DNA of 64,000 nt from Octopus sinensis (lineage: Eukaryota): assembly GCF_006345805.1 (NCBI RefSeq), contig NC_043002.1, forward strand, positions 74,090,001-74,154,000. Reading direction: 5' to 3'. Within the stretch, counting starts at the first letter, position 1. Every line of letters starts with the position of its first letter. The position numbers and the translations under genes are program-made. This document shows, in pieces, positions 1 through 13,010 of this stretch. The notes beneath the pieces are model-generated. The model was not told where the DNA came from and made no database searches. It was given only the letters and a program-made list of their open reading frames with translations.

Positions 1-12
1 TTGCGCCTCCAC

Positions 13-910
13 ATTAGCAATATAATCAATATTAACACCAAGAGGCAATATTTATCCCCACTTAAACGTGGATGTTCTGTAAGAACAAACTATACTGTGG
101 TAGTTACCATGGGACAAACTCATATATTGGCTTTTGGTACAAAATGGTCTCTTTTACTCTTTTACTTGTCACAGTCATTTGACTGCGGCCATGCTGGAGC
201 ACTGCCTTTAGTTGAACAAATCGACCCCAAGACTTAATCTTTGTAAATCTAGTACATATTGCATCAGTCTCTTTTGCTGAACTGCTAAGTTACAGGGATG
301 TAAACACACCAACCTCAGTTGCCAAGCGATAGTAGTGGGGACAAACACAGACACACAAATACATATATATATGATGGGCTTCTTACACTTTCTGTCTACC
401 AAATTCACTCACAAGACTGTGGTCTGCCTGAGGCTATAGAAGACTCTTGTCCAAGGTACTACACAGTGGGACTGAACCAGGAACCATGTGGTTGGGAAGC
501 AAGCTTCTTACCCCACAGCCATGCCACCTCCAATACTGAGACAAGCAGATCATATGATATCAATCTTCCTTGGTCTTGTCAATGACGGATGCTCAATCAG
601 TAGGGATATCAGTGATTCATCTTCCCACCATCAATATATAAAACAACAGTTTCAGAACAGGCGCTAGTGTTGTGATTAACCAGTGGGCTTGTTAAAAAGA
701 TTTATATTAGCGTCAGAAACAGTATTAATACAGAGAGGTAATTTTGTCCCCACTTAATTGTGAATGTTCTATTAGAACAAGCTGTACTGCAGTAGTTACC
801 CCAAGAGAAACTCTCATATTGGTTTTTGGTGCAAATGCACTCTTGTTTATATCGCTAGCGGGGAGATAAATCCCCACCATCTCCAGCACTGAGACCACCA
901 GATCACTTGT
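13..910. repeat. Old local direct duplication (13-150 plus 525-555 versus 706-845 plus 877-910); first copy split by a SINE
   Basis: ttatccccacttaaacgtggatgttctgtaagaacaaac... versus ttgtccccacttaattgtgaatgttctattagaacaagc...; 20 mismatches in 93 aligned nt. Also ccacctccaatactgagacaagcagatca versus ccatctccagcactgagaccaccagatca. Confidence 0.8.
151..524 (-). mobile_element. tRNA-derived SINE (family B here)
   Basis: cagtcatttgactgcggccatgctggagc...ccaagg...cagtgggactgaac...accatgtggttgggaagcaag; homologous copies at 10383, 20095 and 49425. Confidence 0.85.
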
Positions 911-3781
911 TTCAAAAACTTTGAAAGTTTCATAAGACTCAGGTTAAACATAGTTCTCTGAATTATCCCCTGGTAGGATGCCAGTATGTCACAGGTAACA
1001 TTCACAGAATATCGGGTACTTTTCTCAACAGGTGAATTTAGGGACACAAAAGGCTTGCAGCTAATTTGAACATAAAATCTATGAACTGTTAATCTCACCT
1101 GTGTGGCCTCTTCCTTTACTACCTATTAATTTTTAATACCAAATCAAGTGTTAGTACTCATTACTTCCATTTATCTGCAGTTCATTACCTGTTTAGATTA
1201 AAATCTTGAAGTTGAATTAAAACTGATTTCATTCTCTCTTACTTTATACCTAATTTGATAGGTAATTCTTACATTAGGACTGACATTTAATCTCCTTTTA
1301 AAGATTCTCAAAAAGCTAATTATAAATCCAGATATTATCACAAGGTAACAGGATTTTCCTATATCACATATAATAAAAAAAGAAAAAAACGTACTAACAG
1401 CAATAATAATAATCGTCACCACCCACTAGCATCCCACAACACACTGAAGCTTCGTCTAACTCACCTCACATGAGATTATTTTTGCTCAGTATTGTGGCAT
1501 GTCTTCTTTTACCTATAAGTTAGAACGTCTTGGATATATCATATGTACTGCTTAAACCTAAGTAAAGCTTCTGAGTTCTTATATTACTTAGACAGGTATA
1601 ACCAATTAGTCTCTTCTTTTAGTTGATTTGCTTATTTTTAATTATATCATATAACTTACTTCATTTTTGAATATAGCAGATTTACAAATGATGAAAAATT
1701 TAATATATTTTTGCACTTTCATACATTTTTCAGCATAAAGTAAGAAGAAAGTATGTCAATTTTGAACATATTCCCTCATCAATTTCAGAAGCTGCTATAC
1801 TAATAAGATTTCTAAAATTGGAACAACTCACATTTTCCATCTCCTCCCAGTACCACCCTATGAAAATAAACTTACAGCCCTATCCACGTGTGACTGCACA
1901 GGGTTCTTAAATTTTCTGCAGCAGTCTGAAGCTAGAATTTACAATGATCTATATCAGAAACCTTAAAAATAGCAACAGCGAGGGTTTCTTCTGCAGTTTC
2001 TGGTACCACTGTGTCGAGGGCACATGGACATATTCAGAAGAAGCAACAAGTATGACACTGGAGTTCAGAAATAGTTTAGGAATAAATTCCTCGTAGAGGA
2101 GAAGGTAGAGTAATTGTTACTGAAAACATATGAGCATCTCCTCAAAAGGAGTGTAGACAGGTATTACCTCAGTGGAAATATTCTCACATCTCTTAGCCCC
2201 CAGAGTGAATCTATAAAAACAAAGAACTCTATTTAGAAGTATTTTTAGCGTCTAGCTTAAGAATTAATTGAGAGTATACTATGTAGCATGATGGGTAATG
2301 ACAACCATTTCACTTATGTACATATCCACATACTCATATATCCATGCACCTGCACATAGTTACTACAAACACATGCACTCACACACACATTCTCTCTCTC
2401 TCTTTCTCTCTTTCACACACACATATACATATTCATGCACTTGCAGACTTTTAAGTGATTATGTTATTTTAAACATAAAAGTACTTATATAGACAGTGGA
2501 AAAAAAACTATTTTCCTGTTGAATTGTAACATTTTTTTCATGCTTATTTTCCAATTTGTTTTATTGAGACATCATTCTGTCATTTGTGTCTACCTAGCTT
2601 CTTAAACCTATCATTATCGCTGTATTCATTGTATGTACAGAAAGAAAATACATATTAAAAATAGTAAAAATTAGCAATCCTGAAACAGAATCAAATGCAG
2701 TTTCATGAGTTTAAAGCACATATGGTTTATTATATATTTATAGCAAAGCTACAACTAAAAGCCTAAAACTGAAAGCATTTTGTTACTATTTTATCTAGTA
2801 TGAAAGATTTCTCACATGCTTTATGACAAGAATAGAGACTTTGTTAAAATATTGTATGGATGATGCAGTTAAGTTGTTGAATAATAATTCTGATTTGTTT
2901 GAACTATTTTTTAAACACTGTTATAGAAAAGACAAATAGTTTCAATAGTAAAATTCCAGTGATAACAAAAAAGGTAAAAAGAGAGATAGTGGAAGAAGAA
3001 ACATGCTTAGTTGATTACAATTGGTTAATCTGTAATAGATACCATTGTTGTTTCAAAGTAATTTTTATTACTAAGAGTAGGAGTGGAAACATTACAAATT
3101 TTTGAAATCACTGCCATAAAATTAATCTCAGGAATTGCACAAGTCTAGTGACATCTCTTTCACTGATAGGTTATATTTACTGTAGAAAGCTTAAAAGCAA
3201 ATCATTCAAGAAATTTCAGCAAAGGAGTTTCTACATGAGGCATAGGCAACCTTTTGTCAACAAGCAGATCACATGAGACATGATTCATCTTCAGGTGGGT
3301 TACACTACAAAAAAATAAATTCAAGGTAACGTTTCATAAGCTCTGCTACTCAGAAGGTCATGTAGGTCACAATCTATTCATGATCGACTGCTCAACAATG
3401 GTCACTTGACCTGCTTGTAATAGTAGCGTTATCTCCTTCATATCAAACTCTGCTGCCTTTACAGAGGAAAAAATGCTGAAGATACATTTTATCAGGAAAA
3501 AAATAAGAAGACTACTGTATGGTCACAGTTATAATGCTTTTGATCAAAGTTAGTTTGACCTGGGCCAACCTAGGGTTAAATAAAATTGGACCTTGCTTCT
3601 CTACACAATTCCTTTGTCTGATCCATATCGAGTATTGTGAAGGATTAGCCTTTTTAATAAAATCAAACATTATGGAATGCACGTGTGGAAGGACAAATGA
3701 AGGAAATGAAGCAGCTTCTACACTGTTCTTTTAAAAATTTAATCCATTAAATTTTCTATTTGAGTGGTCAGACTATCTCCC

Positions 3782-3815
<34 letters not shown>

Positions 3816-3909
3816 CATGCACGCATGCACACACACACAAACTTACACACTACATTATACATAGGGACACAATGTAGATACATATATAACATACATGCAT
3901 ACACAACAT

Positions 3910-4253
3910 GGGATACGGCACTTTGGTCTAAACCACTTTAGTATAAGACACATTGGTCTAAAAGCATTTTCGTCTAAAGACACTTTTGTCTAAGCATTTT
4001 CATCTAAAGACAAATGGGATTATCAGAGTATAGTTATTTAGATTTTTTACTTCTTTTTTTTTTTTGAGATTCTATAGACAAAATAGTTATTAGACCAAAA
4101 TGAATTTAGACAAAAATGTCTTTATACTGAAGGGCATTTAAACGAAAATGTCTTTCGACTATAGTGTATTTATACAAAAATCACTTTAGACCAATGTTCT
4201 TTAGATCATAGTGCATTAGACTGAAGTGTTTTAGATGAAAAGTCCTAGATCCC
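3910..4253. mobile_element. Foldback/MITE-like element built of ~15-bp subterminal repeats in inverted arms
   Basis: Ends gggat...atccc; left arm repeats tt(g/c)gtctaaa(g/c)cac, right arm the reverse complement (tttagac(c/a)aa); cacaaca occurs on both flanks. Confidence 0.65.
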
Positions 4254-4889
4254 ACAACACATATGCAGATACTACACAAACATTTACTAGCTAAATGGAC
4301 ATGCTGGAAATAACATATACGACATGTTAGAAAAAGCAACTAATTCATCTTCAATCTCATTTCTAAAATCTTAGGATAAAAACGGAAGGAAACATTGGCA
4401 AATGTTGTCCTGATACACTATGTGAATAAGTAAGAGTGGTCATGACTGGAATACCTTTATCAAAGTTAACATGCAAACTTAGACACATTTGTACATTAGT
4501 ACAAGAATACTGTAACAAGGACTTATGATTGGTTATATTCAAAAACCTCATAAAAATAGAAGAAATTTAATATAAAAGTACAGTATATACAAACATATCA
4601 AGGTTGAGATGCTGCTCCTTAATGTAAAAATTTATTTACGGTAAAACAAATAACAATTTTCCAGTTATACATTTTGCTTTCAATTTTTCAATCAAAAGGG
4701 ATGGTTAGACAGCAGATAAGTATTTGATTAAGTACTATATATCATCATTATCATCATCCTCATTTAACGTCCACTTTCCATGCTGGCATGGGTTAGATGG
4801 TTTGACTGGAACTGGTAAGCCAGAGATCTGCACCAGGTTCTAATCTGATTTGGCATGGTTTCCACACACACACACAAATTTACATATGT

Positions 4890-4932
<43 letters not shown>

Positions 4933-4934
<2 letters not shown>

Positions 4935-5755
4935 GTGGTGGGCACAGCTAACCAAGAAGTTAGCATTGCTAACTGCTAATCTGCTAACTAAAAAATTAGC
5001 TGAAGCTAATGTTAACTAGTAATTGCTAACTTTATTATATGAATTTAGATTTGGTTTGGTTTTATGGGGTCTCTAAAACCCTTAAAAACAGACCTAGAGA
5101 GCTGAAATTTTCATGTAGCTTAGACATAGAGCTTTCCAAAAAGGTATAGTATACCAAGATCAGATGATGATCAAGGTTTATGCAAATAATTAAATGAACA
5201 AATGAAATGAAACATTAGTTTTTCAGTCAACATACACTTTATTTACTGTACAAAAAGTATTAAACAAATCAAAAGAGTATAGTATAGGTATCATGCCAAG
5301 ATCTGATGATGATCAAAGTGCACTACCCTGGCTGGGCCTTCTTCCATTGCCTCAACATGATGCTGGTTACCCTTCATAAATATCAGCATCTCAAAGTTAC
5401 CATCTGATAGGGTGGCTCTCTTGGCCCTCAAAATATCTTTGCCTATAAAGAATAGGTGCTCAAATACAGCATTAGATGGGATGGAAATATTACAGTTGGT
5501 GAATAGTTGATCAAGACCTGCTCACTCAAAAAAGCGACTTCAGTTAGGACTGCCTTTGAGATGGCCTCCAGTCAGGTCTTCACCAAGTTCTGCACCTTGA
5601 ACTTCAGTGACCTGTGGCTCCTGATTTCCCAGAACCAAGTGATGTTGCTGAAGAAATCATCTTCCTCATCCTCATTACTGATGGTGCTACTGCTCTCCTC
5701 ATTGGTCCCCATTAGGGCTGTCTCTATAATGATCTCCATTAAGAATTAACTCAAA
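4933..5755 (-). mobile_element. hAT DNA transposon 3' fragment (decayed transposase dimerisation domain)
   Basis: End CAGTGGTGGGCA after (TA)n; minus-strand translation gives EDEEDDFF...RSLK.KVQNLVKT* and IPSNAVFEHLFFIGKDILRAKRATLSDGNFEMLIFMKGN, matching the hAT C-terminal pattern. Confidence 0.8.
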
Positions 5756-6740
5756 CCCTAATGATTTGTGCGAACCATGTCAACATGGAAAGCTGAGGTT
5801 TTGCTTTTGTCAATGATAATGACAACGGTGACGATGATGTTGATGATGATGAGAAGGAGGATGTGGATGATGATGATGATATGTGTGTGTGGGGGACTGC
5901 ATGTATGTGTAAATATCCATCAAATATACATTAAGAATGTATTTTCTTTTTGTATTTGGTTTGAAAGATTCTTGATGTATACTTGTGTACTGAAACAAAT
6001 TTGCTGTATCTTGGGAGGGCCATAACACCATAATAAATACAGACACTGGTTCAATTTCACTTCTTTATTATTAGTCAGTTGGTTAGTTATTTAATCAACA
6101 AACTAATCAATTGTTTGCTAAATCAGTCAGTTAAACAATCACTCATGGGGATTCAAAGTAAATCTGGAGGAGAGCGTGTGTATTCATCAATGAGGTTGCA
6201 AATGGCAGCAAAAAGACTTTGACAGATAGCTGATTGATTATTTAAATGACTGATTAAGCAAGTGATTGTTTAGTTGGTTGGTTAAAAAGTAACAAATTGA
6301 CTAATAATTATGAATGTATCTTTATGCAAAGGCCACAGAAAGAGTTCGGTTTACCTAATCTGAGGTTAGAGCATTAATGTATATATAAAATATATAATCT
6401 AACTGGAATTTACTAAAGAAATAAATCAATGCATACAAGGATAACAAAGAATATATTGAAGAAGAGACTTGATTAGCTGATCCAACTGTTTAACTAATTA
6501 CATTATCTATTCAGTACTTTTAAGAGTTTCAGAAATTGTCTATCACTTTTGTGTAGAGAATTCTGCTCCCAAAGTGTCATTGAAGTATGCAGCATTTCAG
6601 ATTTGTTTACAACACTGCATGTTTTCAATATGATTTGAGTTATGTCAGCCACATGCATATAAATGAAGCTACTTTGAGCAAATATCTCTTTTAGCATCTT
6701 GCTTGTAAAGCATATAAACATGTTACTTGTTTCTGCATAG

Positions 6741-6840
6741 AATAGTGGTTTATCAGATCTATTGTCTATCGCAATACCCCACCCTAGGTCAGACGCACAC
6801 TATGTAACAAGAAGTGTATGCCTAAAACTGCCAAATGACA
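6741..6840 (+). repeat. Unclassified ~100-bp dispersed repeat; second copy at 10841-10945
   Basis: aatagt(g/a)gtttatcagatctatt...caat.ccccaccct.gg.cagac.cacacta...agaagt.tatgc shared by both copies. Confidence 0.7.
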
Positions 6841-7046
6841 GGTTTTTATTCTTGTACAGTGTTTTTTTAAGTGCATTTATCCTGCAGAATAATATTTTTT
6901 TAACGTTTTTAGTCTTTTAGATAAGAGGGAAGCCAGTACCAAAGACCCTCTCCAGTACCTTCAAGACTTGTTGGGAAGAGAGAAGTAAAGTGTTCTCAAA
7001 TAGAAGACCTGGCCTGAATGCTTACATTCAGAATAAAATCATTAAC

Positions 7047-7155
7047 ATATGTGGCTGTGCGGTAAGAAGTTTGATTCCCATCTACATGGTTCTAGGTTTA
7101 ATCCCGCTATGTGACACCTTAGGCAAGTGTGTTCTACTATAGCCTGGGGCCAACT
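7047..7155 (+). mobile_element. 5' (tRNA-like) head of family B SINE
   Basis: gtggctgtgcggtaagaag...catggttctaggtttaatccc...ccttaggcaagtgt.ttctactatagcc. Confidence 0.75.
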
Positions 7156-7236
7156 TAAGAAACTGAAAGAAGTCCATTGTATATATACATACACACCACA
7201 CACACACACACCATACACACACATACATACATACAG

Positions 7237-7267
<31 letters not shown>

Positions 7268-7268
<1 letters not shown>

Positions 7269-7605
7269 AAGGCACATGGCTCAGTGATTAGAACATCAAA
7301 CTTACAATTGTGAGGTTGTGAGTTCGATTCCTGGACTAGGCTGCGTGTTGTGTTCTTGAGCAAGACACTTTATTTCACGTTGCTCCTGTTAACTCAGCGG
7401 TAGAAATGAGTTGCAGCCTCACTGGTGCCAAGTTGTATCGGCCTTTGCCTTTCCCTTGGATAACATCAGTGGTGTGGAGAGGGGAGGCTGGTTTGCATGG
7501 GCGACTGCTGGCCTTCTATAAACAACCTTGCCTGGACTTGTGCCTCGGAGGGTAACTTTCTAGGTGCAGTCCCATGGTCATTCATGACCGAAGGGGGGGG
7601 TCTCC
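7268..7605 (+). mobile_element. Near full-length tRNA-derived SINE (family C here)
   Basis: A-box-like tggctcagtgattag, B-box gagttcgattcc, CORE-like tgttgtgttcttgagcaagacacttt. Confidence 0.8.
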
Positions 7606-8325
7606 TCATGTTAAACATGTATGTATATTCTTGTAATTGTCATTTTAGTAAATAAATAAGTTGACATAATATAATGTCTAAAAGTTGATGAATCATCTAT
7701 TGATCACCTCCATTTTCTTATTGCTCTCTCTGTCTTTGTCTCTGTCTCTCTCTCTCTCTATATATATATATACAATTATATATATATATATATATATATA
7801 AATGTGAACCCTTCAATACAAGCACTACACTTAAAACCAAAAACATAACACACACAACCATTAAAACAAAAAGCCTTACAAAAACAATAATCTTGACCAT
7901 ATCCTATTTTAAGACCAAGCCTTAACTTCGGACAATGATGGGTGAAGTTGAGATCAACAGCACATACCTATAAATAACAACACATCTCACATACACCCAT
8001 CTCCCACAGATTACTAACTAACAAAATTTACTTCAATCAGTTCACTTTGAGGATGAACAAATGGATGGAACTTAATAAAGCTGCTCCGACAATATTGCAT
8101 TTGCAACAGTGAATAGTTACTGTAGCAGAAACATATGATGTATATAACTATAAAATAAATTTTGTGGCTGTATAAGTTTCCATACTCTTTATTCTTATTA
8201 ATATATATATAGAAATATACTTTTTTGAAAAGCAGCAGAAATATCACAAAAGCTGTTACTCAGTTTCACGTTCCTATTGATTGGACAGTTTTGTTTAGAA
8301 TATACATATATATATATATATATAT

Positions 8326-8850
8326 CATCATCATCATCATCATCATTTAATGTCCGTTTTCCATGCTAGCATGGGTTGGATGGTTCGACCAGGTTCTGGG
8401 AAGCCAGGAGGCTGCTCCAGGCTCCAGTCTGATCTGGCAGTGTTTCTACAGCTGAATGCCCTTCCTAATACCAACCACTTCGTGAGTGTAGTGGGTGCTT
8501 TTTACATGCCACCGGCACAGGTGCCAGAGGAGGCTGGCGAACGGCCATGATTGGTTGGTGCTTTTTATGTGTCACCGACACGAACATCAGTCAGGCAGCG
8601 CTGGTATCAGCCATGTTCGGATGGTGCTTTTTACATGTGTGTGTATTTGTGTTTGTCCCCCACCACTGCTTGACAACTGGTGTTGGTGTGTTTATGCCCC
8701 ATAACTTAGAGGTTCAGTAAAAGAGACTGCTAGGATAAGTCCCAGACTTAAAAAAGTGAACAAATATAAGTACAGGTGTTGATTTACTTGACCAAAACTT
8801 TTCAATGTGGTGCCCCAGCATGGCCACAGTCTAATGACTGAAGCAAGTAA
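8326..8850. mobile_element. RTE-tail repeat (family A, minus, (CAT)n end) abutting a SINE 3' part
   Basis: catcatcatttaatgtccgttttccatgctagcatgggttggatgg...; then gtggtgccccagcatggccacagtctaatgactgaagcaagtaaaag. Confidence 0.8.
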
Positions 8851-9616
8851 AAGATAACAGATAATCCTTAAAAATAACTCTATTCTGTTGTTAAGTCTAC
8901 TTACAAGGACTTTATTATTCTAAGAGATTATTATTAAGAACTGTAGTCACATTCTATTTGCCATGGCATACTGTATAAATCTGGACTTAATTTCTCTTTT
9001 ATCTCTGAATTCACAGGTAGACCTGCAGATAACAACAGTAAGAATGTTCTGTTTTGATAAAATCATAAATGAGAAGCATGAATAAAGAAGTCAATGGATT
9101 TCTATGTTCAAAATTGTAATTAATTTCACTATTTACAGATTTTTCTAATTGCTCAATCTACACTGTATTTTATGTACTAAGTCAAAATTGTTTGTTTTAA
9201 TTGAATTTGTTTACCCAAAATACTGTATGCGATTTAGTTAAAATATACTAATAATAAATTAAAACAATTGCTGTATGAAAGACACATGTTAGCCATTTAG
9301 AAATACGCAGGGATTGTTAACATCTCTTAAACATCTATTATCTGTTATATGGTGACAGAATTTTCATCATGCAAACTGCAACTTGGTCACTGACAAAGAT
9401 AGACTATGACAAGGTCACAGTTGACGCAATGGAAATTTTGACACCATATGACATAATAAATGTTTGAGTGAAGTTAACAGTCTTTGTGTGTGTTTGAATG
9501 GCAAAAATGTGTCTTACATGCTGCATTTGTTTTAGTTTCAACACACAACCTCAAATCATATCACTTGCCTGATAAGTACACCTCCAAAATAATAAATTAG
9601 TTATCAGGAAAGTGTC

Positions 9617-9965
9617 ATCATCATCATCACAATCATTCAGTGACCACTTTCCATGCTGATATGGGTTGGACAGCTTGACAGGTGCTGCAACAGGTTCCAT
9701 AGTCTGTTTTGGTTTGGTTTCAAAAGCTGGATGTCCTTCTTAACACCAACTACTTTACAGAGTGTCCTAGGTGCTTTTATGTGACACCATCATCAGTGAA
9801 TTTCACATGACACTAGCACCAGCGTTTTTACATGGAACTAGCATCAGTACTTTTTATGTGCCACCATCACCAGTGCTTTTTCATGTGGAACCATCACCAG
9901 TGCTTTTCATGCAGCACTAGCACCAGTGCTTTTTACGTAACACCAGTACCAATGCTTTTTACATG
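9617..9965 (-). mobile_element. Family A RTE-tail repeat with internal ~20-bp tandem array
   Basis: (CAT)n, ccatgctgatatgggttggac; repeated cac(t/c)a(g/t)caccagtgctttt(t)(a)catg units at 9780-9965. Confidence 0.75.
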
Positions 9966-10382
9966 GCAACTTTTGTAGGTGGTGTTTAAAAATTAATCAG
10001 ATATTTTCTAGGGGTGCAGAACATAGAAAATGTGTTGGGAACTACTGCTTCAATAACTCTTCAAATTTGTTACTTTATTCATATACATTTGCAACAGGTT
10101 TCTACAAAGTCTCTATTTATGGAATTTCTCTCATAGCATTGGTCAGTCCAAGGTCACTGTGCAGCATAGTGGAATGTGTGTGTGATCAAACTAGAACCAC
10201 ACAGTTGCAAAGAAAATTTCTTAACTGCACAGCCTTGCCTCTACCCAGATTACCAAGTATATTAAGTAGCTGAGTACATTTGAAATGCTAAAGTTCTTAA
10301 ATGAATTGTAGTTTGATTTAAGAAATCGTGACCAGCAGTACCTGTGATGTGTTGAGGGAATTGATCTAATGTTTTAAATTTT

Positions 10383-10750
10383 ATTTGTTTCAGTCATTGG
10401 GCTACAGTCATGCTGGGACACCTCCTTGAAGGGTTTTAGTTGAACAAATTGATCCCAGTATTAATTTTTTTTAAAGCCAGGTACTTATTCTATTGGTCTC
10501 TTTTGCCAAATTGCTAAGTTATGATGTCAAGTAGTGGTGGATGACAAACACACACACACATGCACGTGCATGTATACAATGGAGTTCTTTTAGTTTTCAT
10601 CTACTAAGCCCATTCATAAAACTTTGGTCAGCCCAGAGCTATAGTAGAAATTAGTTGCCTAAGGTGCAATGCAGTGGGATTGAACTCTGAACCACGTGGT
10701 TGGGAAGCAAATTTCTTAATACACAATCCCACCTGTATCTACAGCCATGC
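10383..10750 (-). mobile_element. Family B SINE
   Basis: Homologous to 151-524 along its length. Confidence 0.8.
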
Positions 10751-12729
10751 CTTGCAACTAATGAAAGAATTTTTTTTATCACTTTCTTTATAGTAAATGA
10801 AAATGCCATGAAGTTATTATGCTAATTGTTTGTGAATTGAATAGTAGTTTATCAGATCTATTATCCATCACAATCCCCACCCTTGGCCAGACACACACTA
10901 CAATTAGAAGTATATGCATGATACCACTGCAAGTCTGCCAAATGATAAATTTATGCTAGTGCAGTTCGCTCATTTTTGTTGCTTATGTTTTACATAAGCC
11001 TAATCCATTATAAACAATCACAATATTAAGACCAATTGTTTGTGACTACATGAAAACATTTAGAAACAGCTATAACGATGAAGTGTAATGATAATATGGA
11101 CTGAGTAAATGATTGAAAGAGAGCAATATTAATTGCTTGTTGAGATTGTCATTTTATTTATATGGTTATTATGGTCATTACAATGTAGAAGATATCTTCT
11201 TCAAGATGTTTGTGTCCACAGCTTATTTGTTGTTTTATGGTCCATTGTGTATGGGAGCTAGCTTCATCTGTAAGTGACTGCAAATGAGAGAAAGGGTAAT
11301 AGAGTTTAGTCAAATAGAAAGTATAAACAATGTTGTCTCATGCATAGAGGTGCTTTTTCTATTGGTACTGGACAAAGAAAGATGGAAGATAGATAGATTC
11401 TCTTTGATTAGAGGCCTGTCAACCAAAGAGGAAGAATTAATTTGATGTTACTTATTATATTGTTCCTAACCAAAATAGGTCAAGCTTGACAAAGTATTTT
11501 TCCTCTGAATGATTCAAGAAGGTCAAAGATCATGATTAACTCTCATAAAATCACAAATGCAACAGACGAGAACACTAGGCATAGTACTTGTAGGAAAATG
11601 TGGATTTGGTTTCAAATCCTGGTTTACAAATTTGGTTGCTATTTATTACACAACTATACCCACCAACATAACAAGCAAGATAGAAGAGAGATGAGAAAAA
11701 GTAGCTGCTAGAAGTCTCCAAAATGAACTTCTCACTTTGGTAGTCTTTAGAGTGATGGTTACTTGGCATGATAGTAGTATTTTCCCATATTATAATCTTC
11801 CCCACAACAACAAAACAACTTCTAGACAACAACAGGAGTGTGTATAATAAACTGTTACTCTAATATTGCATGCACTTTTACTAATCAGCAAGGTTGCCTC
11901 AATTCAGTAGCTCAGCCTACCAGCAGAAACAGTAAAATTTTCTTGAAATCACACACTACAAACTTCAAAAGGAGAACACATTGAATAATATAGTTCAACA
12001 TATCATTATAAAGATGAGATAGTTATGGTTGGAATGTCCTTGATCATAGGCCTACTTAAGCAGGCTTGACTTAGAATTTAACAAGTGTAAAAATATGCGT
12101 ACAAACAAATGTAATAATTGTTCAATTAATAATTAAATGAAGCAATTGAATTATAATAAAATAATGACTGTAGCATCATGGAATGACTACACTGCATGAA
12201 CAAAATCAATATCTTTGAATATATTAGATATTCATAGTTGCTCAACACTTTGGATGCATTTGCTTTGGCATAACAAAGTGACACTGCCAGATACCATTCA
12301 ACTTAGTAAATGGAAAGAAGTTATTTAAAAAATTCAGTTACTCAGCCTTATCATCAAATAAAATACCTTGAAGTATTTCTTCCAGTCATATTCTGATTTC
12401 AAATCCTGCTTTGGTCAGCTTTGCTTTTCATCCTCTTGATGTTGATGCAATAAAATATTAGTCACCTGACTAGTATAATACTGTGACTAATCTCTCCCCT
12501 CAGAGTTGCTGGTCTTGTGCTTAAATTAGAAACAATTATATCAGGTCCATTATAAAGTCTAGTACTTATTTCATTAACCTATAATTATAGTTAAGTCCGC
12601 CTTTGGTATAATGCCATACAACCTGATACTCATATTCTGTGAGGCATTTTTGCCTGATGCACTGATAACACTTGTCCACGTGCATACATAACAAATGATG
12701 AAGTTCATCTTGCCTAAAAAAAAACAAAA

Positions 12730-13010
12730 AAAAAACAAGGGAAATTTGTTTCAAGGAAACAATTGAATTGCTATCCAAAATGTTCAGTGATAAGAATTCT
12801 CTGTTTAACACTTGCTGGGAGTATTTGAAATTAGTAAAAGAAGAGGACAAAGATTACGTCAGTTATGCCAGAATCATAAATAAAATGTGCGAAAAATTTA
12901 AACTGAAGGAATTATCTCTAGACATGTTTAAATGCCTCATTTTTGTGCAAGGTTTGACAGCAAAAAAAGATGCAGAAATACGTGCATGGATTCTTGCAAA
13001 ACTAGAACAG
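12730..13010 (+). mobile_element. Ty3/Gypsy LTR retrotransposon gag-like fragment
   Basis: SLFNTCWEYLKLVKEEDKDYVSYARIINKMCEKFKLKELSLDMFKCLIFVQGL..KKDAEIRAWILAKLEQ resembles the gag region of invertebrate Gypsy polyproteins (recognised from memory). Confidence 0.7.

Noticed and set aside
1099-1122. 24-nt minus-strand microexon candidate (VVKEEATQ)
   Set aside because: Purine-rich acceptor, and the next acceptor is only 38 nt away; cannot be chained to the other candidates.
5767-5779. Apparent second TIR for the hAT fragment
   Set aside because: The sequence is better explained as part of a family A tail (aaccatgtcaacatggaaagc).
7268-7345. tRNA-like sequences with A/B boxes
   Set aside because: They are SINE heads continuing into SINE bodies; no complete cloverleaf.
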